Positions 34,196 to 46,058 of a DNA stretch of 64,000 bases are shown here, piece by piece (within the stretch, counting starts at the first letter, position 1; each line of letters begins with the position of its first letter). Source of the DNA: Lepidodermella squamata. Lineage: Eukaryota; Animalia; Gastrotricha. A program made the translations under genes and the position numbers. The stretch is from contig JBLDXI010000032.1 in the NCBI GenBank assembly GCA_047495785.1, positions 310,001 through 374,000 on the forward strand. Reading direction: 5' to 3'. Under the pieces are notes generated by a model. That model was not told the DNA's origin. It did no database searches and was given only the letters and a program-made list of their open reading frames with translations.

Positions 34196-37085
34196 TCACA
34201 ATGCAGGAGTCCGTAGAATTGTTCCAAGCTCGTCGTTGACTCGAGTCAGCGCGGCGAATAGTCGCGACGTCAAGCTGGCGCATTCATCGGGCGACACGTC
34301 GTCCGGGAGGGGTTCCGAGAACATGCCGGCGTCACCTCGAGGCGGGCGTCGCTTCGGCGGCTGGGCAGGAGCAGCCGGCAAATCGCCGCTGCTGCCGCCC
34401 TGAATTTTCTTGACAAACGCATCGCAGCTGTGCGACGTTTTTTTCACCGCCGCCAAAACGGCAGAACGCGTTTTCTGCGTCAATTCCTCGCCATTTTTGT
34501 CGTCGATAAGGTGGAATAAACACGTTTTGCAATCATTACCCAACGCAGCTAGGGGGTTAGTCGCATGGGTGACTGAACTGACTGCCTTCGCGACATACTC
34601 ATTGAAGTGCGGCGAATCAGAGATTTCTCGAATGATTTCAGGACTAGAGCGGTTATTCAATAGGGTGGCTAGGCAATGAAGCGCAGGCGCGTCGACATCA
34701 GGCTCGCCGCAAGAGCCCAACCTAACCAGTCGAGTAAAAGTAAGTTTCGCCGCGAATATTTCGCCGAATTTCGGCGAAAATGAGGCGAGACGGGAGGCGA
34801 GCATTAAGGCGGATCGAATGAAAACGTGGTGTTTCGATTTACGCCACGCAATTTCAGCGGTTGAGTCGGCAATCTGTTGAAACCACGGGCCATTTTCGAA
34901 ACAATTTTCCGCGGTTTGAGCGTTTTTCTTGACAAACGACGCCATATTGCACAGGCACTCGAGCAGGAACCAGATTTCGCCGTTCAGCGTCGATGGGTTC
35001 TGCCCGGCTACAACAGATTGAAGCCGGTTCGCGAAGAACGTCCAAACACGAGGGCAGTTGACGCAGATTTGAACAGCTCGGTGGTCTTTAGTCAAAAATA
35101 GCCAGAAAACCAGGAGTAAATCGAGCTGAATTGGCGGCTGAATCGCAGGGTGGATTGAGCATTCGACAAAGATTTGACTAGCTGTGGCTAACAGTGAGAA
35201 CAACGAATTCAGCTCTTCTTTCGGCAGCTGGCCCAATTCCTCGAGATAGGACGGGTTTTCTTCGCAAACCTAAAAACAGCACATTTGAGGTTCAAAACAA
35301 ATTCAATAGACATCGAAAATTAAATGCCCTAATTAGTTATTAATAAGTATTATCAAGTTTAAACTGACCTTTGATAGCGAAACGACTAGATGGCACATTA
35401 CGTCGGCATTTTTCACTGGGTTGAAGAGCGCAAACCAAACTCCGAACAGTTTTGAATGCCAAGAGAAGCTCTTGAACGGGTCAGTCGAGCGTAAAAACCG
35501 ATTAAACGGACCGCCCTGCGACGTAGCCGTGCACAGTGTCCTCAGCAAGTTGTCGACAATCAACTGATGAAAGGCATATCGGTTTTTATCAGCCAGGATT
35601 TTCTTCATAAAATTGCCGGATACGATTTGGCGGCATGAAGACGACATGAAATATAGAAATTCTTGACAGCCGAGTAGTTCATTGCACGCCTGGGGCGATC
35701 CGCTGCTAGCGAAACCGGTGATTCTAAGGCAAGCCGCCAAAAGGTGAGCATCTTCCGGCGTAAGGGCCAATAAATCTTGGCTATGGCTGATAACACCGCT
35801 GGTCAGTGGAATTTCTCGGAAAACACGCCGGATAAAACCAGTTTGGCGCAACTTGCCGCCAACTTGCAGCATTTGATTCTGGTCTTTGCAGCTCATATGA
35901 AAGTCAAGGTGGGCGAATAGGTAGATCAACTGATCGATGTTGAGATACGCATCTGAAAATCGGTTCAAGGTGGCTTGAAGGTCAGGCCCATCTGTTGTTC
36001 GGTACATTGACGGGTTGAGCTTTCCAGCAATGCTGTTCCCAATCGCGCGTTCGCATTCCATTGAAACGTCGAATCCGAACGGTTTCAAACAATCGCTGCA
36101 GTAGAAAGTAGCGACATCAGTGTAGCCGAGGTGGGCGTAGGCAATGGCTAGGAGGGCGTATCCCTTCGAGAAATACGGGTCGATAATGGTCGCACCATGC
36201 GCATAAGCGACGGCTTCTTCATATCGGCCGCATCGAATCAAGGCCAGGGCAATGTTGGTGTAAATTCGAGCGTCTCCGGGTTGAAGGTCCAAGGCTCCTT
36301 AAAAAAAAATTGATAAAAAAACGGTAACTGTGAACATAAGGTTGTTTTAAACAATCCGCCCTCAATTTCGAACTTCTGTGATGCAGACATAAAACACAAT
36401 TGTGAGTTCACAATTGCAGCCCGCATGTTCAAAAATTCATTTTTTCGAATTTCCAAGCAGCAATAACTTCATATTAACCAATCTTTTCAATGCCAACCAC
36501 CTATTTGCATTAGCGATACATGAAAATTCCAGCCTAACATTCGGAAAAATTTGAACGGGACAATATTAGAACACAAGTTCACTAAAAAAATTCAGATAAT
36601 ATTCAGATTTATCGATTTTCGGACCTTTTCGCGAAATGTTTGGCCATGGCTTGGGTTAGAGCTACACATCGGCCTTCATGGGTCTCACCGTCTTTTTTGC
36701 TGAGATATTACTCATTCAAAGGTTTTTGAGCAACAAAAGCTATGGAAGGTCCGAAAAAATTTCCTGCAAGTTCTCTATTCATTTTTCAAAGGAAATAGTT
36801 CCTCTTGATATCAGATTAAAACTCACTTTTATATGCTTCTATGGCGTCACAATAGCGGCCTACGGCGAAATGATGGTTGCCAGCCCGCTTGAAATTGTTA
36901 GATTCAACCGCTTGAGGCGAGTTTCTGCGACTCGGGTCGTCGAATTCGTCCAGCAGGCTGCGGTGAATGCCCAGAACAGACTTTTCCGCGGCAAAATTGG
37001 TCAGAAAGTTCACTCCATCAGCTTCGTGAAGGGTTGATTGAGTCGAGCCAGGGGTGAAAGCGTCCCCGAATAATAAATCAAACAT
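34196..37085 (-). CDS. TPR/helical-repeat family paralogue 7 (753 aa; exons 37085-36827, 36297-35369, 35269-34196)
   Basis: Starts MFDLLFG. Introns are 529 nt (GTGAGT..TTTAAG, phase 1) and 99 nt (GTCAGT..TTTTAG, phase 0). TPRs FKRAGNHHF, IYTNIA, FSKGY. Shares NC.E.GPWF with paralogue 6. Confidence 0.88.
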
Positions 37086-37147
37086 TATATTAAAAGTCTA
37101 TCAAAATGCAGAAAAAAATCCATGAATTTGAGCAATTTATGACCGGT

Positions 37148-38095
37148 TCAATTTAGCAGTAAATCTCTGAACGGAAATTCAGGGTGAAGTCTCGCTCCGG
37201 GAAAATCCGCCTTAAACGCCCGATTGTTTGTATCAAGCGATGTGATTTCCTTCATATCAGCCTCTGATAGATCAAAATCCCAAACATTAAAATTTTCGAT
37301 AATTCGAGATGGCGTAACACTTTTAGGGATGACAACATTACCACGCTGAATTTGCCATCGAATACAAACTTGAGCAGCAGTTTTATGATATTTCGCCCCA
37401 ATGGCAATCAATCGCTCGTCATGTAAGAGATTCGTCTTCAAACTACCCAGAGGGTAATAACAAGTAACAGCAACATTGTTCTTCTTGCAAAATTCGATCA
37501 ACAAATTATTTTGAAAATACGGGTGAGATTCGATTTGCAACATAGCCGGTTTTATCGAGCTCGCTCGAATAATTCGCTCGAGTTGAATTTCGTTGAAATT
37601 AGACACGCCAATTGATCGAACAAGGCCCAAACGGACGCAATCTTCCATTCCAAGCCAAGTTTCTTCCATAGTGGCCTCGAGGTCGAAAATCAAATTTCCA
37701 TTCTCGTCCTTCGGAAAAGAAGGCTCGTCGTGGTATTTCAGCGATAAAGGGCTGTGAATCAGGTACAAGTCGATATAGTCAAGGCCAAGCAGTTTTAGCT
37801 GTTTTCGGACAAGCTCAGGAACTTTATCGCGACGTTGATGAGTGCCAAAAAGCTTTGTAGTAATAAACATCTCTTCCCGGGTAACAACTTTGTTATCGAA
37901 CATTTCTTTCAGGGCTAAACCGATGCCCTCTTCATTTTTGTAGATATAGGCAGTATCAATATGTCGATAGCCAGCTTTTATAGCACATTCAATCGATTTC
38001 AAAATAATTTCATGATCGATAGACTTTGAGGTACCAAGTCCTAAAACAGGACAGTGATGACCAGATGAAAGCATTATCGAGTTCGGAACACTCAT
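37148..38095 (-). CDS. Aldo-keto reductase (AKR1-like), copy 1
   Basis: GYRHIDTAYIY, TTK, LYLIH, IGVSNF, PKS..PSRIIENF. Catalytic Asp/Tyr/Lys/His present. ATG at 38095. Confidence 0.96.
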   Translation of the reverse strand: MSVPNSIMLSSGHHCPVLGLGTSKSIDHEIILKSIECAIKAGYRHIDTAYIYKNEEGIGLALKEMFDNKVVTREEMFITTKLFGTHQRRDKVPELVRKQLKLLGLDYIDLYLIHSPLSLKYHDEPSFPKDENGNLIFDLEATMEETWLGMEDCVRLGLVRSIGVSNFNEIQLERIIRASSIKPAMLQIESHPYFQNNLLIEFCKKNNVAVTCYYPLGSLKTNLLHDERLIAIGAKYHKTAAQVCIRWQIQRGNVVIPKSVTPSRIIENFNVWDFDLSEADMKEITSLDTNNRAFKADFPGARLHPEFPFRDLLLN

Positions 38096-38203
38096 TTTCA
38101 ACAACAAAAACTATAAAAACTGAAAATAATTTATCATGCAGCTCAGTTTCAAATCAAAATATCATAGTTTAGAGTGAATAGTTTTCAGAAAGCGTTTTCA
38201 AAA

Positions 38204-39151
38204 TCACAGAAGCTCGGTGAAGGGATACTCAGGATGGCGTTTCGCCCCAGCGAAGTCTCCTTTGAAAGCTCGAATATTTGTGTCCATTTTAGCGATATCC
38301 GCCATGTCTTCATGCGATATTTCAAAATCCCAAACATCGAAATTTTCCAAAATTCTCGAGGGCGTGTTACTTTTCGGTATCACAACGTTGCCGCACTGAA
38401 TTTGCCAACGAATGCAGATTTGAGCAACTGATTTGTTGTATTTATCCGCAATTTTCGTCAAGCGTTCATCGTCCATCAACCCGCCAACTCTGCCGCCGCC
38501 AAATGGAGCGAAACCAGTAACCGCAATGTTATTTTTGTGGCAAAAATCAATCAGGACCTTATTTTGGAAATAAGGGTGACATTCGATTTGGTTCATAGCA
38601 GGTTTTATGGATCCGCTTTTCATCAGCCGCTCGAGTTGGCTCTGATTTGTATTCGAGACCCCGATTGATCGTGTTAGGCCAGCTTTGACGCATTGTTCCA
38701 TACAGGCCCAAGTTTCTTCAAGTTTGGTGCCAAAATCGAGCAAGACGTTACCATCCGGTCCGGTGGGGAAGTGAGAATTCTCAGAATATTCGAAGGACCG
38801 GGGGTTGTGAATCAAATACAAATCGACGTAATTTAGCTTCAACGCTTGCAACTGACGCTTCAAAGCTGGGAGAACTCGTTCCGGTCGGTGATGCGTCGAC
38901 GCCAATTTTGTAGTGATGAACAACTCTTCACGAGTAATTTCTCCCTTTTCAATCAATTCTGCCAATTTTTCGCCGATCACAGCTTCGTTATCGTATACAT
39001 AGGCGGTGTCAAAATGGCGATATCCAGCTTTCACAGCGACTTCCAGAGCGTTTTTCAAAACAGTGACATCAGTAATTTGATACGTTCCGAAGCCCAAAAT
39101 CGGGCATTTGAAACCAGATGATAAATTTACGTAAATTTGGCGGGTGGCCAT
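38204..39151 (-). CDS. Aldo-keto reductase, copy 2
   Basis: GYRHFDTAYVY, TTK, LYLIHNP, IGVSN, IPKS. Intronless. Confidence 0.96.
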   Translation of the reverse strand: MATRQIYVNLSSGFKCPILGFGTYQITDVTVLKNALEVAVKAGYRHFDTAYVYDNEAVIGEKLAELIEKGEITREELFITTKLASTHHRPERVLPALKRQLQALKLNYVDLYLIHNPRSFEYSENSHFPTGPDGNVLLDFGTKLEETWACMEQCVKAGLTRSIGVSNTNQSQLERLMKSGSIKPAMNQIECHPYFQNKVLIDFCHKNNIAVTGFAPFGGGRVGGLMDDERLTKIADKYNKSVAQICIRWQIQCGNVVIPKSNTPSRILENFDVWDFEISHEDMADIAKMDTNIRAFKGDFAGAKRHPEYPFTELL

Positions 39152-39214
39152 GCCCTATATTCAGAGATAAGCTCAAATCAATACACGTTATTCGATAAAA
39201 TAATTTAGCGAATT

Positions 39215-40165
39215 TCAAAGCAATTCCGTAAAAGCGTATTCAGGATGAAGTTTAGCGCCAGGTAAATCTCCCTTAAAAGTTCTCAAATTTTTATCCAATT
39301 TCGCTATATCCGCCATTTCCTCCTGAGATAGCTCAAAATCCCAAACTTCGAAATTTTCAACAAGTCGCGAAGGGGTGTTGCTTTTTGGGATGACAACATT
39401 ACCACGTTGAATCTGCCAACGAATACAAATTTGGGCCACAGTTTTGTTGTGATTCGACGCAATTCGACTCAAAACAGGGTCCTGCAACAAACCATCGGCC
39501 CGGCCGCAAGCGAATGGAGCATAAGCTGTTACACCAATGCCATTTCGATGGCAAAAATCGATCAGCGATGAGTTGTGAAAATACGGATGCGACTCGATTT
39601 GATTCATCGCAGGCTTAATCGAACCGCATTTCATCAGCCGTTCGAGTTGCTTTTCATTAGTGTTAGAAACCCCGATCGTCCGAGCGAGGCCTAATTTAAC
39701 GCATTCCTCCATGCACTTCCAGGTTTCTTCAAGTTTCGTGCCATAATCAAGTAATACATTGCCATCAGGTCCGGTTGGGAAGTGGGAGGTCTCCGAGTAT
39801 TGAAACGACCTTGGGTTATGAATCAGGTACATGTCAACATAGTCCAGCTGGAGAGCCTTCAATTGCCCGCGGAGAGCCGGTAGAACACGTTCAGGCCGGT
39901 GGCAGGTCGATGACAGCTTAGTTGTGACGAAAAGCTCGTCTCGCTTCACAGCGCCCTCATTGATCAGCTCGAAAATTGCGATGCCAATAATGTCCTCGTT
40001 ATCGTAGACATAGGCAGTATCAATGTGACGATAGCCGATATAGATTGCGATTTTCACGGCGTTTTTCAGCACTTCTCGATCCGTCGATCGGCAAGTGCCC
40101 AGTCCCAACATGGGACATTTAAAGCCAGAAGACAAAGTCGCAAACATCATCTGCCGAGATGCCAT
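39215..40165 (-). CDS. Aldo-keto reductase, copy 3
   Basis: GYRHIDTAYVY, TTK, MYLIHNP. Closest to copy 2 (both have HFPTGPDGNVLLD). Confidence 0.96.
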   Translation of the reverse strand: MASRQMMFATLSSGFKCPMLGLGTCRSTDREVLKNAVKIAIYIGYRHIDTAYVYDNEDIIGIAIFELINEGAVKRDELFVTTKLSSTCHRPERVLPALRGQLKALQLDYVDMYLIHNPRSFQYSETSHFPTGPDGNVLLDYGTKLEETWKCMEECVKLGLARTIGVSNTNEKQLERLMKCGSIKPAMNQIESHPYFHNSSLIDFCHRNGIGVTAYAPFACGRADGLLQDPVLSRIASNHNKTVAQICIRWQIQRGNVVIPKSNTPSRLVENFEVWDFELSQEEMADIAKLDKNLRTFKGDLPGAKLHPEYAFTELL

Positions 40166-40378
40166 TTCAAATAATCACTACTTAATTCGAATAATTATTT
40201 CATTAAATGCCGATAAAATAAATTTATTCAATTCGATAAAATTTAAAGCAAAGCAAGCACAACACGAGAATTTTGAAGATTGCAACAAGAATTTCACAAC
40301 AGGAGTTAAAATTGCAACAAAATAGCAACATTTTCTGGTCTCTATCCATGATTGTACCTCGCTAGCCGAGTCACACAT

Positions 40379-41341
40379 TTATTGAGGGAGAAGCTCGGTG
40401 AACGGGAATTCAGGGTGCTTGTCAGCACCGGGGAAGGCGCCCTTGAAAGCGCGAACACCGGTATCCATTTTAGCCAGCTCGGCCATATCCGCAGCGTCAA
40501 GCTCGAAGTCCCAAACGTTGAAGTTGTCCTCGATACGCTTCGGGTTCTCGCTCTTTGGAATGACAATATTTTTGCGCTGGAGTTGCCAACGCAGGGCGAC
40601 ATGAGACGCGGATTTTCCGTGCTTCGCAGCAATTTTAACCAGGCGCTCATCTTCAAGCAAGTTAGCGATTTTACCGCTGCCAGGCGAGCCGAGGGGACCG
40701 TACGCCATGACTTGAATGTCATTGGCCTGGCACCATTCGATCAGCTTCGCGTTGCTGAAATACGGGTGCGATTCAACCTGGTTGACAGCTGGCTTGATGG
40801 TCGCGATTTTCAAAACGCGCTCCAATTGGTTTTGGTTGAAATTCGAAACACCGATCGAGCGGGTCAAACCGGTCTTGGCAGCCTCTTCCAAGGCCTTCCA
40901 CGTGTCTTCCGGCTTGGTCTCGAGGTCAAGCATGAAATTGCCGTCCTTGTCAATCGGGAAAGCGCCGGTCGGGGTGAATTGAAGAGCCAGCGGCGAGTGG
41001 ATCAGGTACAAGTCGATGTAATCGAGCTGAAGCAGTTGCAGTTGCTTCTTGATCGTTGGCACGACGTACTGCGGGGCGTTGCAGCTTGGCGGCAGCTTCG
41101 TCGTGATGAAAATATCGTCACGGGTGATGACCTTCTCGTCGATGAGGTCTTTCACAGCCTGGCCAATGACAGCCTCATTGCCGTACATCATGGCGGTGTC
41201 GATGTGGCGATAACCCAACTTAATAGCATGCTTGACGGCGACAGTGAGGACGGCTGGGTCTTTCGAGAGGTAGGTACCCAGGCCGAAAGCTGGGATTTGG
41301 AAACCCGACGACAGCTTGATGAAAGTTTGCTTGGCAGCCAT
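40379..41341 (-). CDS. Aldo-keto reductase, copy 4
   Basis: GYRHIDTAMMY, TTK, LYLIHSP, AYGPLGSP, IPKS. Strong C/G-ending codon bias. Confidence 0.96.
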   Translation of the reverse strand: MAAKQTFIKLSSGFQIPAFGLGTYLSKDPAVLTVAVKHAIKLGYRHIDTAMMYGNEAVIGQAVKDLIDEKVITRDDIFITTKLPPSCNAPQYVVPTIKKQLQLLQLDYIDLYLIHSPLALQFTPTGAFPIDKDGNFMLDLETKPEDTWKALEEAAKTGLTRSIGVSNFNQNQLERVLKIATIKPAVNQVESHPYFSNAKLIEWCQANDIQVMAYGPLGSPGSGKIANLLEDERLVKIAAKHGKSASHVALRWQLQRKNIVIPKSENPKRIEDNFNVWDFELDAADMAELAKMDTGVRAFKGAFPGADKHPEFPFTELLPQ

Positions 41342-41533
41342 TTAGAGAAATGTAAAATAGAATAAATTCACTACACAAAAATTTCGTATAATATAGTATT
41401 AAAATCAATAAGATGAGTGAGCCCGTTATATTGATTAAGGAAGGTAAATACGAATCTCAACGAGAGGAAATTATTCAAAAAATAATATTGATGATTTTCG
41501 AGAAATGACTAGTTGTTAAATATCTCAGCAAAA

Positions 41534-42520
41534 TTAGCAACTGCCCTCTTCCGTAAACGGGTAATCCGGGTGTTCACGGATACCAGGGAAAGGCAGCCAG
41601 AAATATCGCTTGTTCGCATCAATCGCAGTCATTGCCTTCATATCAGAATCAGTTAGCTCGAAATCCCAAACGTTGAAATTATCGATCACTCGGGCTGGAG
41701 TCAAGCTCTTTGGAATGACGGTCACGCCTCGCTGGAGCTGCCACCTTAAAATAACCTGAGCCGTAGATTTCGCATGCCGCTGAGCGATTTCAAGAATTCT
41801 TGGGTCGTCGAGATAATTTACAGGAATCAACTGCTTTCCAGTCAATATCGAGATAGTCCCAGGGCTTCCGAAGCTTGAATAACCGGTGACAGCGACGCCG
41901 TTTTTCAGGCAAAATTCGGTTAGTTTCGTATTTTGAAAACCAGGATGCGACTCAACCTGATTGACCGCTGGTTTAATTTTCGATTTCAGCAATCGATCAA
42001 CTTGGCTGATGCTGCAATTTGAGACTCCGATCGATCGAACCAAACCGGCTTCGACGCACTTCTCCATCGCAGTCCAAGTATCTTCCAGGGTGAAACCGGT
42101 TTCAAATTCAACCTTACCATCCGGGGTCTTCTTAGCCATTTCACCGGCTTCGGTCGGCGGTTTCAACGCGACAGGGAAGTGAATGAGCCAAAGATCGAGG
42201 TAGGTTGTCCTCAGCTTGGCCAGTTGCGTTTTCAGAGCGCTTTCCACAGTTTCAGGTCGCAGTTGAGTGAGAAATATTTTAGTCGTCAAAAATAACTCTT
42301 CTCGTTTGATTTTCCCAGCATCGTATAGCTCTTGCAGGGTATCACCGATGACTTGCTCGTTGCCGTAGATATGAGCTGTATCAATATGACGATAACCAGC
42401 ATCGATCGCCGCCTTGAGGCCGGTAGCTAACGCAGCAGAATCGCTTGCCTGCCAAGTCCCGTAGCCAAGAACAGGAAAATCATACCCGGAATTTAGTTTG
42501 ACGGTCTTCTCCAAAACCAT
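41534..42520 (-). CDS. Aldo-keto reductase, copy 5
   Basis: LNSG..FPVLGYGTW, GYRHIDTAHIY, TTK, LIHFP, IPKS. Confidence 0.96.
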   Translation of the reverse strand: MVLEKTVKLNSGYDFPVLGYGTWQASDSAALATGLKAAIDAGYRHIDTAHIYGNEQVIGDTLQELYDAGKIKREELFLTTKIFLTQLRPETVESALKTQLAKLRTTYLDLWLIHFPVALKPPTEAGEMAKKTPDGKVEFETGFTLEDTWTAMEKCVEAGLVRSIGVSNCSISQVDRLLKSKIKPAVNQVESHPGFQNTKLTEFCLKNGVAVTGYSSFGSPGTISILTGKQLIPVNYLDDPRILEIAQRHAKSTAQVILRWQLQRGVTVIPKSLTPARVIDNFNVWDFELTDSDMKAMTAIDANKRYFWLPFPGIREHPDYPFTEEGSC

Positions 42521-42624
42521 TTTTCAATAAAATCTAATAAAAATAATAAAAATGGCTACTAAATTTTACATTTTAAAAATGAGACAAAATAATATTGACA
42601 GAAAAATTGAGCTGTTTTTTTCAA

Positions 42625-44950
42625 TTACGCCTTATCAGGGTAGGCGTAACTTTTGTTATTACGAATAATACGCAAAACCGAAGAGCCAAGTTCATCATTA
42701 GTCAAGGTCCACCGGATCAGCGCTTGATATTTCGTGATAGGCGCATCTCCCTGTTCAGTTTTACGCTCTTCCTTCGCCCCATCATCGCTATCATCGGGGA
42801 CTGACTCGCTAAGCCTGACAAAAGCAGCGTCTCGGACTGAGACTACCGGGAAACCGTCATCGACAGCGACTTGAACGCCCGGGGCCGGGAAATATTTGCC
42901 GAGAAGAGCGGCTAATGACTCGGTCAGTTTGTCGATAGATAGAACTGATGAGAATTCGTAGCGAACCGCGACTCGTAGAGCATGTTCTCGAACAGCCCCA
43001 GCTGTAGCCGTTAGATCAGCCAGGGCAGAGGCAGGGTCTCTCAGATGAAGAAGAGGAGACCCGTCACTCGAAGTCCTAGGCGCGGTGGAGGAATTATTTG
43101 TCATGACAAAACCGTGGCATAGCTTCATTCGGCTCAAATTCAACTGCTTCGAAAGACCAGGGTTGCTTGAGACTGGAATTAGTTTCGTTAGAAGCGACCG
43201 TTCGACCGAAACTTTGACCTGAAGCGGGGTTTTAATCGAAACTGTCTCGCCATTAGCCGGGCAGAAGCCTTCGATTCCGAACTCGGACGAGATCTTTTTG
43301 CTCATATAATTCATTTTCTCAGCCTCGCCGTGGACTAGCAGCACGTGTTTTGGCCGGCAATGTTGGACGAGTTGCAAGATTCCTTTCGCATCGGCGTGGG
43401 CTGAAAATGACAGGTAATGCACGCCTAATTTGACGTTGATCGTCGGACCGCCATTAGGGGGTTCGATATGCTTTTGGCCCTGCAAAACCTTCCACCCAAT
43501 AGTACCAGCCGTGCAGTAACCAGGGATGATCAACATGTTCTTAGCGTCATCTGCCCATTTTTTGAACAGGGTCAGTGACATACCGGCGTGGAGCATACCC
43601 GGTGAGGCGAAAACAACCATCGGCCCAGAGTCTTTTTGGTCGATCAGCGAGCGTTCGAAGGGTCGAACGTGCTTGAAATCGAACACGTTGTGATGACGCA
43701 TCAGAGCTCGTTTCACTGCTTCGTTTGTCCACGCGGCGAAAAGGCGGTAATACACATTGGCGGCTTCGGCTAAACCTTTGCTGACGTAGATCGGGTATTT
43801 GAGATTCATGCGTTGCCAGTAATTTTCGAGTAGGAGACAAAGCTCTTGAGCACGGCCGAGGGCGAAAACTGGGATTAGGACTTTCCCTCCAACTTCCAGG
43901 CAGTCACATACGCGTTGAAGCAAATCACGTTCGCGGCAACGTTTCGAGTCTCGAATCGTAGTCGCATAAGTAGACCTGAAGAAGAAAACAGAAAATAAAA
44001 ATATCTCCCTTAAAATATAGAAAATCTGAATTTTATTCCCATGCAATTGGATGGTTGCTTTTTGACGGATGTCATGTACTTCAATCAAGTTGAGGCTGCA
44101 GGCTTCACAAATCAATTTTGCTACAAGGCACGCATATTGCGACCACTATAACAAATGCTATTAAAATTATAATCTCGAGGTTTTTGCTCGAATTGTTCAT
44201 TTTCCCCAATATATGATTCTATTAAACATGAATTTTCAATAAGTACCTATCATTAATAATTAATCGAATTATTTAATTTGGCGCAAAATGAAAGGAATTT
44301 TTGACGACTCACTCTGAAATCAAAACATCAGGATAGCAGCGCAGAGCTTTGGCAGGTCCAAGATGTCTATCGGCCGTCATATTGAAATCACCGGTATACA
44401 AAATCGACTGATGACCGCATCGAACCAGGAACATACACGCCCCCAACACGTGGCCAGCATACAGCGCGCAGATTTCAAGATCAGGAGGGCCCTTTTTGAT
44501 AGTCACCCAATCCATAAGACGAACTGGTCTGACTTTCGCGATGCAGTCTCGAATCTGATTGGTCGAAAATGGTTCAATACCACCGGAAGCTTCGACCGCA
44601 ACTCGCCGGAAGTCTTCGATCAAAATCGGGCAAAGCGCTCGAGTTGGCAGGGTCATGTAAATCGGCCCGTTATAGCCAACAACTTCGCTCATGTAAGGCA
44701 TAGCGCCGCAATGGTCGAGGTGGAAATGCGAGATTAGGACAGCGTCCAAGTAGTCGTCTAACCGGCCTGGTTCGGATTGAGTGCCGCCAGTTATGAAGCT
44801 GAAATCAGGGAATCGACGCTCGTCATTGTAGCCCATATGCATGCCGCAATCCAGCATAATATTATAGCCACCAGCGGTGAACGTGACCAAAATACAAGAC
44901 CGGCCGACATCTTGCCCAGCCCCAAGCGGTGTGATTTTGATCTCAGACAT
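42625..44950 (-). CDS. INTS11: Integrator complex subunit 11 (CPSF3L) beta-CASP endonuclease (662 aa; exons 44950-44313, 43975-42625)
   Basis: [55 protein letters not shown] (across a 337-nt phase-2 intron), [27 protein letters not shown]. Confidence 0.96.
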
Positions 44951-45060
44951 GAGATTCAATAGTTTAAAAAATCTAAAAATAAATTCATTCGATAATTACT
45001 CGAAAAGAATCAATAATTAGTTTCAAGCTTTCCAAGCAGTCATTTGTTCTTTGGCATAAA

Positions 45061-46053
45061 TTAGCAGCTAGTGCCATCGGGAGCATGCGGGTACTCTGGG
45101 TGGCTTCGCATTCCAGGTAAATCGAACCAGATAAATCGCGTGTTCAAATCCATGGCAGCAATCGATTTCATCTCGTCGTCATTCAGCTCGAAATCCCACA
45201 CGTTGATATTATCAACGATTCTAGCAGGGGTTGTGCTTTTAGGAATCACCAATAGCCCGCGTTGAATTTGCCATCTCAGAATCACCTGGGCCGTGTTCTT
45301 GCCATATTTCGCCCCGATTCCAACCAGAGTCGGATCTTCCAAGAAATTCTTATCACACATTTCCTTGCCAGTCGCTGAATTTTTAGTGCCGGGTGATCCA
45401 AATTGACTATAAGCCATGATTTCAATCCCGTTTTTCAGGCAGAAGTCGATTTGTTTCGTATTTTGGAAACCAGGGTTTGACTCGACTTGGTTGACAGCCG
45501 GCTTAATTTTCGCAACATTCAGAATTCGCTGAACTTGGCTGATGTTGAAGTTCGAAATTCCGATAGAACGAGTCAGGCCCAACTCGACGCACTTCTCCAT
45601 GGCAGCCCAGGTTTGTTCTAGGGTAGTCTCCAAATCCAGCTTAATCTTGCCATCAGCACCGAATGGAAGCATCTGGCCAGGTTCCGGGGGTTGAAATGCA
45701 ACTGGGAAGTGGATCAGGTACAGATCCACGTAAGTTGTACGTAGGTCTTTCAGCTCTTTGCGCAGTTGATCAGCGACCAAATCGGGTCGGAAATGCGTGC
45801 AGAAGAGTTTGGTCGTCAGGAACAAATCCTCCCGTTTCACAGCACCAGCATCGTACAGCTCTTGCAGGGCCTCGCCGATGATGTGTTCGTTCAGGTAACA
45901 CTGGGCTGTGTCAATGTGACGATAGCCGGCATGAATCGCAGCTTTGACTGCGGTTTTCAGCTGCTCGGCATCCCTTGCTTGAAAAGTACCATAGCCGACA
46001 ACAGGGATATCAAAGCCGGAAGACAAACGTTTGACTTGAGGAATTGCAGGCAT
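45061..46053 (-). CDS. Aldo-keto reductase, copy 6
   Basis: GYRHIDTAQCY, TTK, LYLIHFP, IGISNF, IPKS. Closest to copy 5. ATG at 46053. Confidence 0.96.
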   Translation of the reverse strand: MPAIPQVKRLSSGFDIPVVGYGTFQARDAEQLKTAVKAAIHAGYRHIDTAQCYLNEHIIGEALQELYDAGAVKREDLFLTTKLFCTHFRPDLVADQLRKELKDLRTTYVDLYLIHFPVAFQPPEPGQMLPFGADGKIKLDLETTLEQTWAAMEKCVELGLTRSIGISNFNISQVQRILNVAKIKPAVNQVESNPGFQNTKQIDFCLKNGIEIMAYSQFGSPGTKNSATGKEMCDKNFLEDPTLVGIGAKYGKNTAQVILRWQIQRGLLVIPKSTTPARIVDNINVWDFELNDDEMKSIAAMDLNTRFIWFDLPGMRSHPEYPHAPDGTSC

Positions 46054-46058
46054 TGTCA

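Noticed and set aside
40352-41365. 337-aa plus-strand ORF exactly antisense to AKR copy 4
   Set aside because: Shadow ORF caused by the C/G-ending codon bias of the AKR. No recognisable motifs.
42625-44959. CPSF3 (CPSF73) or a split gene
   Set aside because: [22 protein letters not shown] and [18 protein letters not shown] are INTS11-specific. The apparent N-terminus of the 496-aa ORF is intron sequence.
37148-46053. Bacterial contamination or prokaryotic operon (intronless, tightly packed genes)
   Set aside because: These genes are interleaved with intron-containing eukaryotic genes such as INTS11, and are preceded by splice-acceptor-like signals rather than Shine-Dalgarno sites.
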